Shown here piece after piece: positions 20,622 through 30,221 of a stretch of DNA of 64,000 bases. The first letter of the stretch is position 1; each line of letters begins with the position of its first letter. Source of the DNA: a virus. Where the stretch lies: IMG/VR virus record IMGVR_UViG_3300027782_000035; one strand, written 5' to 3'. The notes below the pieces were generated by a model. That model searched no databases. It was not told the DNA's origin and was given only the letters and a program-made list of their open reading frames with translations. The position numbers were made by a program, and so were the translations under genes.

Positions 20622-21788
20622 TTAGGTGTATTTCTCGATTGTTTCCTTCGATAGAAGCATAAGTTCTTTGAAGGTAAGTGTTATGTTTATCTGAGTTGGC
20701 ATACCATTTGGAAAGGTATTAAATACGCCGTTTGGTGTATAGTTAACATTCATTTCAGTTAGAACACATGATGTGTGACGATGAATGTTAAGGTTTTCTT
20801 CGGTGCCCTGATAATAAACTATATCAAACTCAGACGGATATATGTACAAGAATGCATCAGAGCTTTTAAACTCCGGATGCATATGATACTTAAACGCTCT
20901 AATGATATTCTGAACATTTAGTGCTTCCGACTCAGAGCGTGGAGCAAATTGATATTCAAATGAAAACGTTCTAAAATCGACGTTCTTAAATGCTTGTTCT
21001 TTCTTAGGGTTAGCTGCTACACCTGCTGCTAATGCCATTTCTTTACCCATAGGTGCATTATTAATTGCTAATGCTGCGAGTATCTCCCCTGCAACTCCAC
21101 CAGTTCTTTTAACGTCTGCATTCCCGGTTAAAGTTTTTCCGATTTCGCTTCCCACTTTCGCCAGCATTGAAAATGCTGCAGTGTCTTCTTCTCCCCACCC
21201 AGCAGAATATCTTACTGATAACTGATTGGGAATATACAATCCAATAGCGGCCTTTAATCTTTTCTGTGGACGAGAGAATGTTGGTTCTTTCTTTTGGCCT
21301 TCTGGCACTTCAGCATTATTTGCTGAGTTTGCTATAGCAGCTGTTCCAAGAAGACCTACCCCTGCACCAACTGCTACACCTGTGCCACCTTTAACGCCTA
21401 GTGCTTGAGTTACTACTCCACCTGTTGCGCCACCTGTTGCAGCTGCTGCACCAGCAGCTTGAGCCGTTGTTACTTTTTGTCCCAACAATTGACTGCGTAA
21501 ATCACGTTGAACACCTTCTACCGTAGTAACTTGACTTCCCGACGCAAATACGCGAGAATCTACAGAAGTGTTGATATAAAATATTACACGACTACTGTTA
21601 TATTGTGGAGACGACATCAAGTCTTCGGGATACGATAATCCTTTAACATTATACTTACCGCTTTCGAAAGTAGAGGCAATATAATCAAAATTTGGTGCAA
21701 ACGGAGTCGTATCCTTACCGATCTGATTATTTTGTGCATCTACAGCTATTTGCTGGTCGACTTTTCTTATATCTGCTTGTGACGCCAT
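20622..21788 (-). CDS. gp48: baseplate tail-tube cap gp48
   Basis: LYIP..NPKKEQAFKNVDFRTFSFEYQFAPRS..YPSEFDI..CVLTEMNVNYTP..GMPTQINITLTFKE. Confidence 0.9.
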   Translation of the reverse strand: MASQADIRKVDQQIAVDAQNNQIGKDTTPFAPNFDYIASTFESGKYNVKGLSYPEDLMSSPQYNSSRVIFYINTSVDSRVFASGSQVTTVEGVQRDLRSQLLGQKVTTAQAAGAAAATGGATGGVVTQALGVKGGTGVAVGAGVGLLGTAAIANSANNAEVPEGQKKEPTFSRPQKRLKAAIGLYIPNQLSVRYSAGWGEEDTAAFSMLAKVGSEIGKTLTGNADVKRTGGVAGEILAALAINNAPMGKEMALAAGVAANPKKEQAFKNVDFRTFSFEYQFAPRSESEALNVQNIIRAFKYHMHPEFKSSDAFLYIYPSEFDIVYYQGTEENLNIHRHTSCVLTEMNVNYTPNGVFNTFPNGMPTQINITLTFKELMLLSKETIEKYT

Positions 21789-21793
21789 AGTGG

Positions 21794-21801
21794 TATAAAT
21801 A
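21794..21801 (+). promoter_or_regulatory. T4-type late promoter TATAAATA
   Basis: Exact TATAAATA about 30 nt upstream of gp4. Confidence 0.8.
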
Positions 21802-21830
21802 TAGTTAGTTGTATAGTCTATTTATTATAC

Positions 21831-22250
21831 ATGTATCATAAAAGAAAATACGTACCATTAAATCCCAAGAAGTATGCTGGTGACCCATCGAATATCGTAA
21901 TGAGATCGAGTTGGGAGACTAGGTTTGCTATATGGTGTGACAAGAATCCCTCTATAGTTAGATGGAGTTCTGAGGAAACCGTGATACCTTACGTATCTCC
22001 TCTTGATGGTAAAATTCATAGGTATTTTGTAGACTTTAAGATAGAAACCGTTAATAAGAAAACATACTTAATAGAGATTAAACCTAAGGCACAGACTATA
22101 AAACCTCAGGGAACCCGACAGACGACAAAGTTTCTAAAAGAAGCTACTACTTATTTAGTAAATCAGGCGAAATGGGAATATGCAAGCCGATATTCAAAGG
22201 ATAGAAATTGGGAATTTATTGTCCTAACGGAAGATGAACTAGGAATCTAA
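21831..22250 (+). CDS. gp4: head completion protein gp4
   Basis: PKKYAGDPSNIVMRSSWE..WSSEE..HRYFVDF..IEIKP..VNQAKW. Confidence 0.95.
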   Translation: MYHKRKYVPLNPKKYAGDPSNIVMRSSWETRFAIWCDKNPSIVRWSSEETVIPYVSPLDGKIHRYFVDFKIETVNKKTYLIEIKPKAQTIKPQGTRQTTKFLKEATTYLVNQAKWEYASRYSKDRNWEFIVLTEDELGI

Positions 22251-22831
22251 TGGCAGACAAGAAACAAACCTTGCAAACGATTTTCGAAAAACATAAATTC
22301 GATCAATCGATTGCAACTCAATCTAAAACCTGGTTTCAGCAACAGACTTTGTTGCTCGCGCGCAAGAGAATAGATACTAATAAGTTATTCACGCAACAGA
22401 GAGTAGTTACCAAACTAGTTCCCGGCAAGCTTTATATGTTTTATTATGATCCCAAATACAAGAATGAATTACCATATTATGATAGGTTCCCTCTTGTATT
22501 TCCATATTCAGCTACTAAAGATGGATTCATGGGATTAAACATGCATTATTTATCGCCGTACCATCGAGTGTTTTTAATGACAAAATTAATGCAGTTCGCT
22601 AATAATAAAAACTTCGATGATACAACTAGAATAAAGTATTCATGGAATTTAATATCAGGCATGAGTAGATTTAAGTTAGCAGAACCATGCATAAAGCATT
22701 ACTTAAAACCTCATGTAAAATCAATGTTTATTGAAATCCCTGGAGATCAGTGGCATACTGCAATGATGTTACCACTAGAAAAATTTGTAGGAGCCAATAA
22801 GATGACAGTATTCGGAGACTCATTAACATGA
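22250..22831 (+). CDS. gp2: DNA end protector gp2
   Basis: PGKLYMFYYDPKYK..LPYYDRFPL..GLNMHYL..CIKHYL. Confidence 0.95.
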   Translation: MADKKQTLQTIFEKHKFDQSIATQSKTWFQQQTLLLARKRIDTNKLFTQQRVVTKLVPGKLYMFYYDPKYKNELPYYDRFPLVFPYSATKDGFMGLNMHYLSPYHRVFLMTKLMQFANNKNFDDTTRIKYSWNLISGMSRFKLAEPCIKHYLKPHVKSMFIEIPGDQWHTAMMLPLEKFVGANKMTVFGDSLT

Positions 22832-23586
22832 ATCAATTAAACGATTTTATAGCCAATGTAAAACAGGGAATGGCTAAGACTAGCTATTTCACGGTTGAAC
22901 TGTTGCTGCCTTCAAAACTTGTCAATGAAAAACAACCAATTCGTGAAAACCTTAGAGCTATTCAACTATTTTGTGATCAAACACAATTGCCGGGGATATC
23001 ATTTGGTACAGCTCAGGTTAGATCACATGGAGAATTCAAAGAAGTTCCATATGAGAAATTATACGAAGCAGTTACTATGAATTTTTATGTAGATAAAGAA
23101 CTAAATGTCAAATACTTATTTGATTCTTGGATGGATATTATTCAAGATGGAACTAGTAGAACTTTTAGTTATCCAAATACTTATACGTCTGATAAGATGA
23201 GAATCATAGTAGAAGATACAGAAGGTCAAGGACGATACGAGGTTAACCTCTTTAGATGTTATCCTAAATCCATTGCACCTATTCAATTAGACTATTCTTC
23301 TAAAGATGTGATGAAACTTCAAGTTACTTTCACATATCAATATGCAACATATGAAAGACTAGCACAACAAGGCTCTGATTCTTCTTCTTCAATGGAAGGA
23401 ACCGCACGTCAGTTACCTAACTATAACTATGGATATCCTTCAGAAACAGTAATTCCCGATAATTACTTTACTGATTTTAGAGGATTCCAAGATGAGTTCA
23501 ACGACTTCTCACTCGATGGAGTTAGAACTACCGATTCCACTGAAAACATTGGAGTATTTACGGGCTTTGGTGGAATTTTTAGTTAA
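22828..23586 (+). CDS. tail tube initiator gp54 / gp19-like protein
   Basis: FCDQTQLPG..VPYEKLY..FYVD..FDSW..YPKSIAPIQLDY..LQVTFTY tube-fold motifs. Confidence 0.8.
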   Translation: MNQLNDFIANVKQGMAKTSYFTVELLLPSKLVNEKQPIRENLRAIQLFCDQTQLPGISFGTAQVRSHGEFKEVPYEKLYEAVTMNFYVDKELNVKYLFDSWMDIIQDGTSRTFSYPNTYTSDKMRIIVEDTEGQGRYEVNLFRCYPKSIAPIQLDYSSKDVMKLQVTFTYQYATYERLAQQGSDSSSSMEGTARQLPNYNYGYPSETVIPDNYFTDFRGFQDEFNDFSLDGVRTTDSTENIGVFTGFGGIFS

Positions 23587-23598
23587 TGTGTAAAAATT

Positions 23599-24003
23599 AT
23601 GAATATAGATGATAAACTGAGTCAAGTGTTCGAGATAGAACCTATAATTAAAAGTGAAGTGATAACTCACCAAGATATTGTTACGCATAAGAATGATAAG
23701 CTAGAATCAGACTATGAGACTACTCGAACAAATTTGCATGTGCTATTAATACAAGGACAAGACGCATTAAATCACGCGTTAGAAGTTGCTAAGGCTAGTG
23801 AACATCCTCGAGCTTTCGAAGTTGTGGGAGGTCTAATGAAACACGTAGCTGATATAAACACACAGCTTTTAGATCTTCATAAGAAGAAGCAATCTATCGA
23901 AGCGCCTGATAAGAAAACGCAAACCACTACCAATAATTCTATCTTTGTTGGTAGTACAACTGAATTGAGCAAAATGCTTAATGATTTAAGAAAAGGAAAA
24001 TAA
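23599..24003 (+). CDS. gp16: terminase small subunit gp16
   Basis: DYETTRTNL..ALEVAKASEHPRAFEV..TNNSIFVGSTTEL. Confidence 0.9.
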   Translation: MNIDDKLSQVFEIEPIIKSEVITHQDIVTHKNDKLESDYETTRTNLHVLLIQGQDALNHALEVAKASEHPRAFEVVGGLMKHVADINTQLLDLHKKKQSIEAPDKKTQTTTNNSIFVGSTTELSKMLNDLRKGK

Positions 24004-24004
24004 C

Positions 24005-24718
24005 ATGGCTTTACCAGTAATGTCACAAGTGACATATGAATTGACTATACCGTCTACTAAACAAAAAATAAAATATAGACCTTTCCTAGTTAAGGAACAA
24101 AAAGATTTATTAATTGCACAGCAGAGCGATGATGAAAAGGTAATGATTGAAACTCTTAAGAATATCATTCGTTCATGCACGCTAGATAAAGTTGAAGTTG
24201 ACAACTTGGCGATGTTCGATATTGAATATATCTTTACTCAGCTTAGAGCTAAGTCAGTAGGAGAGTATTCTGATCTTACGTTTAATTGCCTCGAGTGCAA
24301 TGACCCAAAAGCAAAGATGAATGTTAGTATTGATTTGACTACTCTAACGGTAGAGTTTAATGAAAAGCATAAATCAATTATTCCTCTTTTCGATACAGTA
24401 GGAATAAAGATGAAGTATCCGGGTTTGGCACTCTTTGATAAGATGAATAAACTCGAAGGTAATCAAGTGGATATGATATTCGATGTCATAATTGAATGTA
24501 TAGATTCGATATACGACGAAGATACTGTATATCCAGCGCATGAACAAAGCAGGGAAGAATTAGAAACGTTTATCAACAATTTAACACAGGATCAGTTTCA
24601 AAAAGTTCAAAACTTCTTTGAAACAATGCCTAAGCTAGAAAAAGAAATAGAATTTGATTGCCCAATGTGTAAATACCACCATCAACATGTTGTTCGAGGA
24701 TTAAGCGGTTTTTTTTAA
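24005..24718 (+). CDS. gp26: baseplate hub assembly protein gp26
   Basis: YELTIPS..YRPFLVKEQK..FDIEYIFTQLRAKSVGE..FFETMPKL..GLSGFF. Confidence 0.95.
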   Translation: MALPVMSQVTYELTIPSTKQKIKYRPFLVKEQKDLLIAQQSDDEKVMIETLKNIIRSCTLDKVEVDNLAMFDIEYIFTQLRAKSVGEYSDLTFNCLECNDPKAKMNVSIDLTTLTVEFNEKHKSIIPLFDTVGIKMKYPGLALFDKMNKLEGNQVDMIFDVIIECIDSIYDEDTVYPAHEQSREELETFINNLTQDQFQKVQNFFETMPKLEKEIEFDCPMCKYHHQHVVRGLSGFF

Positions 24719-24900
24719 TAGCTCTTTGTCATGATAACTTAGCAAACTATTATAAAATGAATTTTGCGCTCATGCAGTATCATAAATATAGTTTGTATGA
24801 CATTGAGAGTATGTTACCATTTGAGCGCGAAATATATGTTGCAATGTTAATCAAATTCTTAGAAGAAGAAAAAGAAAGACTAGAAAGACAGAAAAGATGA
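24718..24900 (+). CDS. gp51: baseplate hub assembly catalyst gp51-like (probably reached by -1 frameshift from gp26)
   Basis: Absent from ORF track; frame IALCHDNLANYYKMNFALMQYHKYSLYDIESMLPFEREIYVAMLIKFLEEEKER..; conserved part begins before the first ATG. Confidence 0.8.
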   Translation: MALCHDNLANYYKMNFALMQYHKYSLYDIESMLPFEREIYVAMLIKFLEEEKERLERQKR

Positions 24901-27119
24901 AAACAGTCATAAGCAAGCAAAATGTACAAGAAGCTTCGAGCGCAAGCGTGCTGAAGGCTGAAGAAGTCGCTAAAAAATCTAGTGATCACATAGAAGCGGT
25001 TAATGTCACTCTGAAAAAAGGTCTTATTGAAGACAACGGAACTAGTTTAAATTCAAACGTATATAAGCTCTTTAAGGAAGTAGAAAAACAAACTAAGATT
25101 ATTAAAGAGAACAAAGATAAAGCGCCAACTATAGGCGCTGCAAAGGCTGAAGATATTACTAAAAAGTCTATGGGCCTGGAACAGTTCAAGACTATCGGCG
25201 AAAGAATGAGCGATTTCGGTAAAGGATTTAAAGACTTCTTTACAGTTAAGGGCTTCTTAAATAAGACTGGAATAGTCGATAAAGATAGTACCGGCATTGT
25301 TGGCACGGCCGTGAATCGCCGAGCTGCTAAGAAACAATACGTCGAAGATAGAATGAAAGTAGATCCTAACTACTTGAATCTTGCTAAAGGAAGTACTGAG
25401 AAAGAAAAGAAAGCTAACGCAAGAAAAACTTTCGAAAATCAATTTGATAAACAGCAGGAAATCAAAAAGCAACAAAGACAAAATGAAGGCGAAATATCTA
25501 GTCTTCAGAAAAGTGGTTATACTGAACAACAGATTAAAAGAAGTGGACTTTTAAAAACAAGAGAAGGTCTTGCTGAAAAACTTACTGCAGTAGATTCTAG
25601 AGTTCGTGACAATGCAGGTAGCGGAAATACCAAGAAAGACCTTGAAGTAGAATCTAAGAAAAAGCAGAAGACTACTGATACCATAAAAGAAGCTATGGAG
25701 TTTTCTGATGAAGGCCAAATAGAAGCTCAACGTAATTCAGAAACTCAGACTGCACTGCTAGCAAAGATCGAAGAAAACACTCGCTCTCTCCTAGGAAACC
25801 GTCGCGCATCATCAGCTGGCAAAGCCGATACCGGCGACAGCGGCGGTGGATTGCTTGATACTATTATGGGATTCCTTGGCCAAGGATTTATGACAGCGAT
25901 CAAGTTCTTGTTCAATCCTAAGAACTTGCTAAAAGCCTTTACTAGATTCCTAGCGCCTGCACTCATAATAGGCGCACTAGTAAATGGAATAATGGATGGC
26001 TTTAATAAATTCATGGAGACTGGCGATATTGGAGAAGCTCTTATTGCAGGTCTTGGTGGAATACTATCGTTCCTAACATTTGGGTTGTTTGATGCAGACA
26101 CTATTAGTTCGCTCGTAGACTGGTTCAGTAGCTTCGTTACTGACTTTATCATACAACCAGTTAAAGATTTCTTTGGATTTCTAGGTGATTCTTTTGACAA
26201 GTACATCGCTCAACCAATTATGGGAGCATTTAGTTCTATTAAAGATATAATGGGAACTCTCCTTGATGCTTATCTATGGTTACCGAGAAAAGTACTAGGA
26301 CTAATTGATGAATATATTGTAACTCCACTTAAAGAAGTATTTGCACCAGTGACAGATTTCTTTAAGAAAATTAAAGATCAGATATTTGGTTTCCTAGAAG
26401 ATTTTGGTATACCTGAAATTGGTTTCACTATTCCTATTATTGGCAAGAAAGTTTCTATCGGTCCGTTCTATCCATTCCGACCAAATGAAGGGACTGCAAA
26501 TGTTGGTGGTGGTACAGAATTATCTCAGACCTCTAGCGCAAGCGGAGAGACAGAGACATTTAGAAATAGTGTAGTTTCTACTGAAAAAGACGCTTCTTCA
26601 GTATTAGTTACCAATGAAAAAAGTTCTATTAATGCAAAGGGCGAATCTAAAACTGAATTTGGTGAGTCATTTGCACGATTTGATGTTAAAACTGGAAAAG
26701 CTTTATACTCTCCTGGCGCTGGAGGTGAAGCTGTTGATATCTCGGCTTCTACATTTAGAAAAGTAAAGTCAGCAGCAAAAGATGGTGCTGATACTGCTAA
26801 ATTAGATGAGATAGTAAAAGAAGACAAAGCGTATGAACAACTAAGCTTTTGGGATAAGCGCAAAGTTGATGTTGGATACGTTAAAGCATCTGATCTATTA
26901 GCAGCACAGCAAGGTACTGGAAAGTCAGATGTAGTATACAATAAGTCTTCTGATAACGCAGCGGCTGCAGCCGCACCTCCTCCTGCTATGGCACCAGTCG
27001 TTGTCAATGCACCAACTAATGTAAGCAATAGTAGACAAAATATAGCAATGCCTCAAGCTATACGTAATCCTGATAACGGATTTAATAAGTACGCTGGCTC
27101 GCGCGCAGTAATGCTATAA
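24897..27119 (+). CDS. tape-measure/baseplate hub protein gp29-like
   Basis: 740 aa; coiled-coil N-terminus, hydrophobic/aromatic repeats, PVVVNAPTNV tail; follows gp26/51. Confidence 0.7.
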   Translation: MKTVISKQNVQEASSASVLKAEEVAKKSSDHIEAVNVTLKKGLIEDNGTSLNSNVYKLFKEVEKQTKIIKENKDKAPTIGAAKAEDITKKSMGLEQFKTIGERMSDFGKGFKDFFTVKGFLNKTGIVDKDSTGIVGTAVNRRAAKKQYVEDRMKVDPNYLNLAKGSTEKEKKANARKTFENQFDKQQEIKKQQRQNEGEISSLQKSGYTEQQIKRSGLLKTREGLAEKLTAVDSRVRDNAGSGNTKKDLEVESKKKQKTTDTIKEAMEFSDEGQIEAQRNSETQTALLAKIEENTRSLLGNRRASSAGKADTGDSGGGLLDTIMGFLGQGFMTAIKFLFNPKNLLKAFTRFLAPALIIGALVNGIMDGFNKFMETGDIGEALIAGLGGILSFLTFGLFDADTISSLVDWFSSFVTDFIIQPVKDFFGFLGDSFDKYIAQPIMGAFSSIKDIMGTLLDAYLWLPRKVLGLIDEYIVTPLKEVFAPVTDFFKKIKDQIFGFLEDFGIPEIGFTIPIIGKKVSIGPFYPFRPNEGTANVGGGTELSQTSSASGETETFRNSVVSTEKDASSVLVTNEKSSINAKGESKTEFGESFARFDVKTGKALYSPGAGGEAVDISASTFRKVKSAAKDGADTAKLDEIVKEDKAYEQLSFWDKRKVDVGYVKASDLLAAQQGTGKSDVVYNKSSDNAAAAAAPPPAMAPVVVNAPTNVSNSRQNIAMPQAIRNPDNGFNKYAGSRAVML

Positions 27120-27120
27120 C

Positions 27121-27145
27121 AAAAAGGGAGGCAAAAGCCTCCCTG
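27121..27145. terminator. terminator hairpin between convergent gp29 and gp32
   Basis: aaaa-gggaggc-aaaa-gcctccct; U-tract on the - strand. Confidence 0.75.
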
Positions 27146-27170
27146 TATCTATCCACTCTTACGTGGAGTA

Positions 27171-28073
27171 TCACTCTTCCATAGCAATCTTCTTGAAGTA
27201 ACTCATCGCTTCTTCATCTGTACTATTTGATACAATCTTCACTGCTGGCTTCTTAACTTCGCGAACAGGAGGAGTGTAATCATCATCATCTTCTCCGCTT
27301 AGTGTAGCAGCCGTTGGCGTTGGAGATGCATCAGAATTTAGAACTGATGCAAGCTTACGCGAAAGTTCTTCATAAGACTTGAAGTTTTTACGATCCAAGA
27401 AGTCTTTCAATAGGAATTGCTTCTTAGAGATAATCATAATCTCGTCGTCATCTCCAAGAGCTGAAGGCTCCGTGAAAACAGACTGATCGTAATTAGGATA
27501 ACCATCAACCTTGCGCATACGAAGTTTGAAGTCTGCACCGTCCCAGTAATCAAACACGTTTACAGGTGTTTCATCTTCAAAGGTAGGCTTAGCTTTATCC
27601 ATGATCTTGTCGAAGATCTTTTTACCAAACTTAAACAGCATCACACGTCCTTCGTTTTCTGGATGCTTAGGATCCGAGATAACGAGAATGTTTGCGAAAT
27701 AAGCTAGGCGACGCTTTTGCTTGCGTGCAATTTCCTTATCAGCATCAGCACCAGAATTCCATAGGCGACTATTAAGTTCGCCGACAGGATCGTTCTCGCC
27801 GATAGTTGTAAGAGAATTTTCGATGTACCATTTCCCAGTCGGGCCTTGGAAGCCGTGATTGAAGATACGAACCCAAGGGAGTTCATCACCTTCTGTGCGT
27901 GGGAGGAATCGAATAGTTGCCGTACCATTACCTGCTTTGTCAGCTTCTAGCTTCCAAAAGCGATCATCTTGGTAGGATTTAGAATCGCTTTGAGGATTAG
28001 CGATCTTGTCAAACTCCGATGCAATTTTACCGAAGTCCATCTTAGCGTTTTTACGAAGTGTAGTAATATCCAT
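27171..28073 (-). CDS. gp32: single-stranded DNA-binding protein gp32
   Basis: DDRFWKLE.DKAGNG.A.IRFLP..HGFQGPTGKWYIENSLTT..FKFGKKIFDK; acidic tail. Confidence 0.97.
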   Translation of the reverse strand: MDITTLRKNAKMDFGKIASEFDKIANPQSDSKSYQDDRFWKLEADKAGNGTATIRFLPRTEGDELPWVRIFNHGFQGPTGKWYIENSLTTIGENDPVGELNSRLWNSGADADKEIARKQKRRLAYFANILVISDPKHPENEGRVMLFKFGKKIFDKIMDKAKPTFEDETPVNVFDYWDGADFKLRMRKVDGYPNYDQSVFTEPSALGDDDEIMIISKKQFLLKDFLDRKNFKSYEELSRKLASVLNSDASPTPTAATLSGEDDDDYTPPVREVKKPAVKIVSNSTDEEAMSYFKKIAMEE

Positions 28074-28075
28074 TT

Positions 28076-28282
28076 TTATTTCCTTTTACGTTGTATTTGC
28101 GTTGTATTTGCGTTGTATTCATAATCTAAATCATCAGAATCGTCATACTTATAGTAATCTTCCTCCGACCATTTATTTATAACGCGCATTCCTTCATCTG
28201 ATAGATTTTTGGAATGTTTACTCTTGTAGCTTTTACGGCTACGCTCTTCATCATCGCGATGCTTATAAATTGTGCGTCCCAT
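28076..28282 (-). CDS. hypothetical protein
   Basis: 68-aa ORF filling the gp59-gp32 gap. Confidence 0.5.
   Translation of the reverse strand: MGRTIYKHRDDEERSRKSYKSKHSKNLSDEGMRVINKWSEEDYYKYDDSDDLDYEYNANTTQIQRKRK
28174..28181 (-). promoter_or_regulatory. late promoter TATAAATA upstream of gp32
   Basis: tatttata on + strand, about 100 nt before gp32 start. Confidence 0.55.
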
Positions 28283-28283
28283 T

Positions 28284-28886
28284 TTATAACTCTGAAAATT
28301 CTTCCTTAAAGTTTCGATAGATTAATTGTACCTTATTAGAATCGTATTTTACAAACTTTTTTATCTTATTCAAGATCCGAAGTTCACAATCCCAATATCT
28401 TCCAATAGATCTCCAACTAGGTAAAAAGTTTTCAAACTCATCTAACAAAACTACAGTTTCTAAGTGTACGTGCCCGCCCACATACAGTTTAAGCAATTCA
28501 GGCACATTATTATCTATAAGAAATAGACTTTTATACCCCAGCTCAGACTGTTCTAAATGTCGACCTATTTCATTCAATTGCTGTTTAAATAGGTGACTTC
28601 TAGATTCTTTACGCGATATCCAAGTATCATAATATTGATCTGATTCGGAAGAATATATAACTCCCGTGTTACCATATGCAAAGTTTGCAACAAAGTATTC
28701 AATCAGTTGTCTTGGTTCGTTAAACTTGCGTCCTATCTTTTCAAATAGGAATTTATCATTTCTTTTTTCAAATGTTGCCAGTGATCCTGACACTCTGCCA
28801 TCAGATTCGAATACATCATAACGATCTGTAGTAAAGTGTAACTTTATAGCCATAAAGAACTTGTAAGTTCTAAAACCATCAATCAT
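28284..28886 (-). CDS. gp59: helicase loader gp59
   Basis: GFRTYKFFMAIKLHFTTDRYD..FEKRNDKFLFEK..YFVANF; adjacent to gp32. Confidence 0.92.
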   Translation of the reverse strand: MIDGFRTYKFFMAIKLHFTTDRYDVFESDGRVSGSLATFEKRNDKFLFEKIGRKFNEPRQLIEYFVANFAYGNTGVIYSSESDQYYDTWISRKESRSHLFKQQLNEIGRHLEQSELGYKSLFLIDNNVPELLKLYVGGHVHLETVVLLDEFENFLPSWRSIGRYWDCELRILNKIKKFVKYDSNKVQLIYRNFKEEFSEL

Positions 28887-29028
28887 TTATATTCTTTACG
28901 TATTCAATTATGTTAGTATACCACTGCACTGCATCATCCTCGTAATCAAAATGAGGACTTAGATGTTTCCCATCTTCCTCATCTATATAATAATAGACTT
29001 GATTAGTGTCATCACATATTAATTTCAT
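28879..29028 (-). CDS. small hypothetical protein (49 aa)
   Basis: Manual ORF MKLICDDTNQVYYYIDEEDGKHLSPHFDYEDDAVQWY.., overlapping both neighbours. Confidence 0.55.
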   Translation of the reverse strand: MKLICDDTNQVYYYIDEEDGKHLSPHFDYEDDAVQWYTNIIEYVKNIND

Positions 29029-29453
29029 GCTCTTACAGCTACTATCTTATCACTCATGTCCTCACCAAATGACATGTTCTCGCGAAACACTTTAGCTAAT
29101 CCTTTTCTACCTAGAGATTCAACTGCAACTAAAACACAGAACTGATTTGTGCGTTTGTGAATTTCGTCTTCATTACCTTGTTCTAATCCTTCAGCGACCG
29201 CTAGCATCTCAGCCATTAATACAATCTCGGAGAATTTAGGATCTTCTACATCTTCGCATTGATCAATTAGATATTGAACTTCTTCATCGTTTAGTCTTGC
29301 GAAGAAATCACCAATAGACATATACGGATTTTGCATCATGTCAACTGCCATACAACGAATTATGCGTGACATATTTTTATCAGAGATGATGTTTTGATAG
29401 TTAATTGTAAACGGAACATCAGCATCAAAATCTTCAAATTTGCTTTCACTCAT
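29025..29453 (-). CDS. hypothetical protein
   Basis: 142-aa ORF in operon. Confidence 0.65.
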   Translation of the reverse strand: MSESKFEDFDADVPFTINYQNIISDKNMSRIIRCMAVDMMQNPYMSIGDFFARLNDEEVQYLIDQCEDVEDPKFSEIVLMAEMLAVAEGLEQGNEDEIHKRTNQFCVLVAVESLGRKGLAKVFRENMSFGEDMSDKIVAVRA

Positions 29454-29694
29454 TCCATTTCTCCGTTTGGCTAAAAGATTTTTCCTGCATAGTTAACTCT
29501 TTGAATATTTTCCTAGGACTAGCACACATAATACACTTTGGATTACCACAATCTAAAGCATGATGCTTGTGTAGCTTATGCGGTTCTTTAATAGTAATGC
29601 CGTGAGATTTAGCTATCTTTACTTGTTTTTCAATGTGCACTTCGTCGTCATGAAGACGCTTACTGTGTTTCAATTTGGAATGTTCGTCACTCAT
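29446..29694 (-). CDS. hypothetical protein with His/Cys motif
   Basis: HKHHALDCGNPKCIMC. Confidence 0.65.
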   Translation of the reverse strand: MSDEHSKLKHSKRLHDDEVHIEKQVKIAKSHGITIKEPHKLHKHHALDCGNPKCIMCASPRKIFKELTMQEKSFSQTEKWNE

Positions 29695-29703
29695 GCTAAC
29701 CTC

Positions 29704-29919
29704 TTAAACGTCTAGTGTTGCTTGCTTTGGTAGCAAGTTTGCCTCTCTCATATCCATTTGAATTTTATCTTTTAATGGTTTATTGATAAGATGTTTTATG
29801 TCATCTGGTTCAAGAAAATTTTCTTTGCAGTATTTCAGTACTGCATCCATATGTGACATTCTACTTTTATTCGCTATCTCTTCGATGTGAATGGAAAATG
29901 CTGATGCGCCTTTGAACAT
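29704..29919 (-). CDS. gp33: late transcription co-activator gp33
   Basis: FSIHIEEI..SHMDAVLKYC..LINKPLKDKIQ..ANLLPK..LDV; upstream of gp59/gp32. Confidence 0.85.
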   Translation of the reverse strand: MFKGASAFSIHIEEIANKSRMSHMDAVLKYCKENFLEPDDIKHLINKPLKDKIQMDMREANLLPKQATLDV

Positions 29920-29920
29920 A

Positions 29921-30187
29921 TTATGGTTTCTTTAAATAGTATTCTGCTGTTTTAATAGACATATTTACATCTGAGTACTCTTCAGATTTTGCGTTATATA
30001 ATCTCCACACTGGATCAGTGTTCTTAGACGCGTTCATTTGTTCATCAAACATGTCGAGATATTTGTTGAACCAGCGATCTAGTCTACTTCGATAGTTAAT
30101 TAGATTAATGTAGATCTTTTGAATTTCAGACTTATCATTAAAGGTATGTGCCATAACGATTTGTGATTCGATTTGTTTTCTGTTCAT
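29921..30187 (-). CDS. hypothetical protein
   Basis: 88-aa ORF behind an early promoter. Confidence 0.6.
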   Translation of the reverse strand: MNRKQIESQIVMAHTFNDKSEIQKIYINLINYRSRLDRWFNKYLDMFDEQMNASKNTDPVWRLYNAKSEEYSDVNMSIKTAEYYLKKP

Positions 30188-30192
30188 AAGTT

Positions 30193-30221
30193 ATTATATA
30201 CCAGTTGTGAATATATGTACA
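30193..30221 (-). promoter_or_regulatory. phage early promoter (TGTACA-N17-TATAAT)
   Basis: Member of a 16-copy family, all with a 17-nt spacer. Confidence 0.7.

Noticed and set aside
1020-21408. Many + strand ORFs in the ORF track overlapping structural genes
   Set aside because: Antisense shadows of long - strand genes with no recognisable motifs
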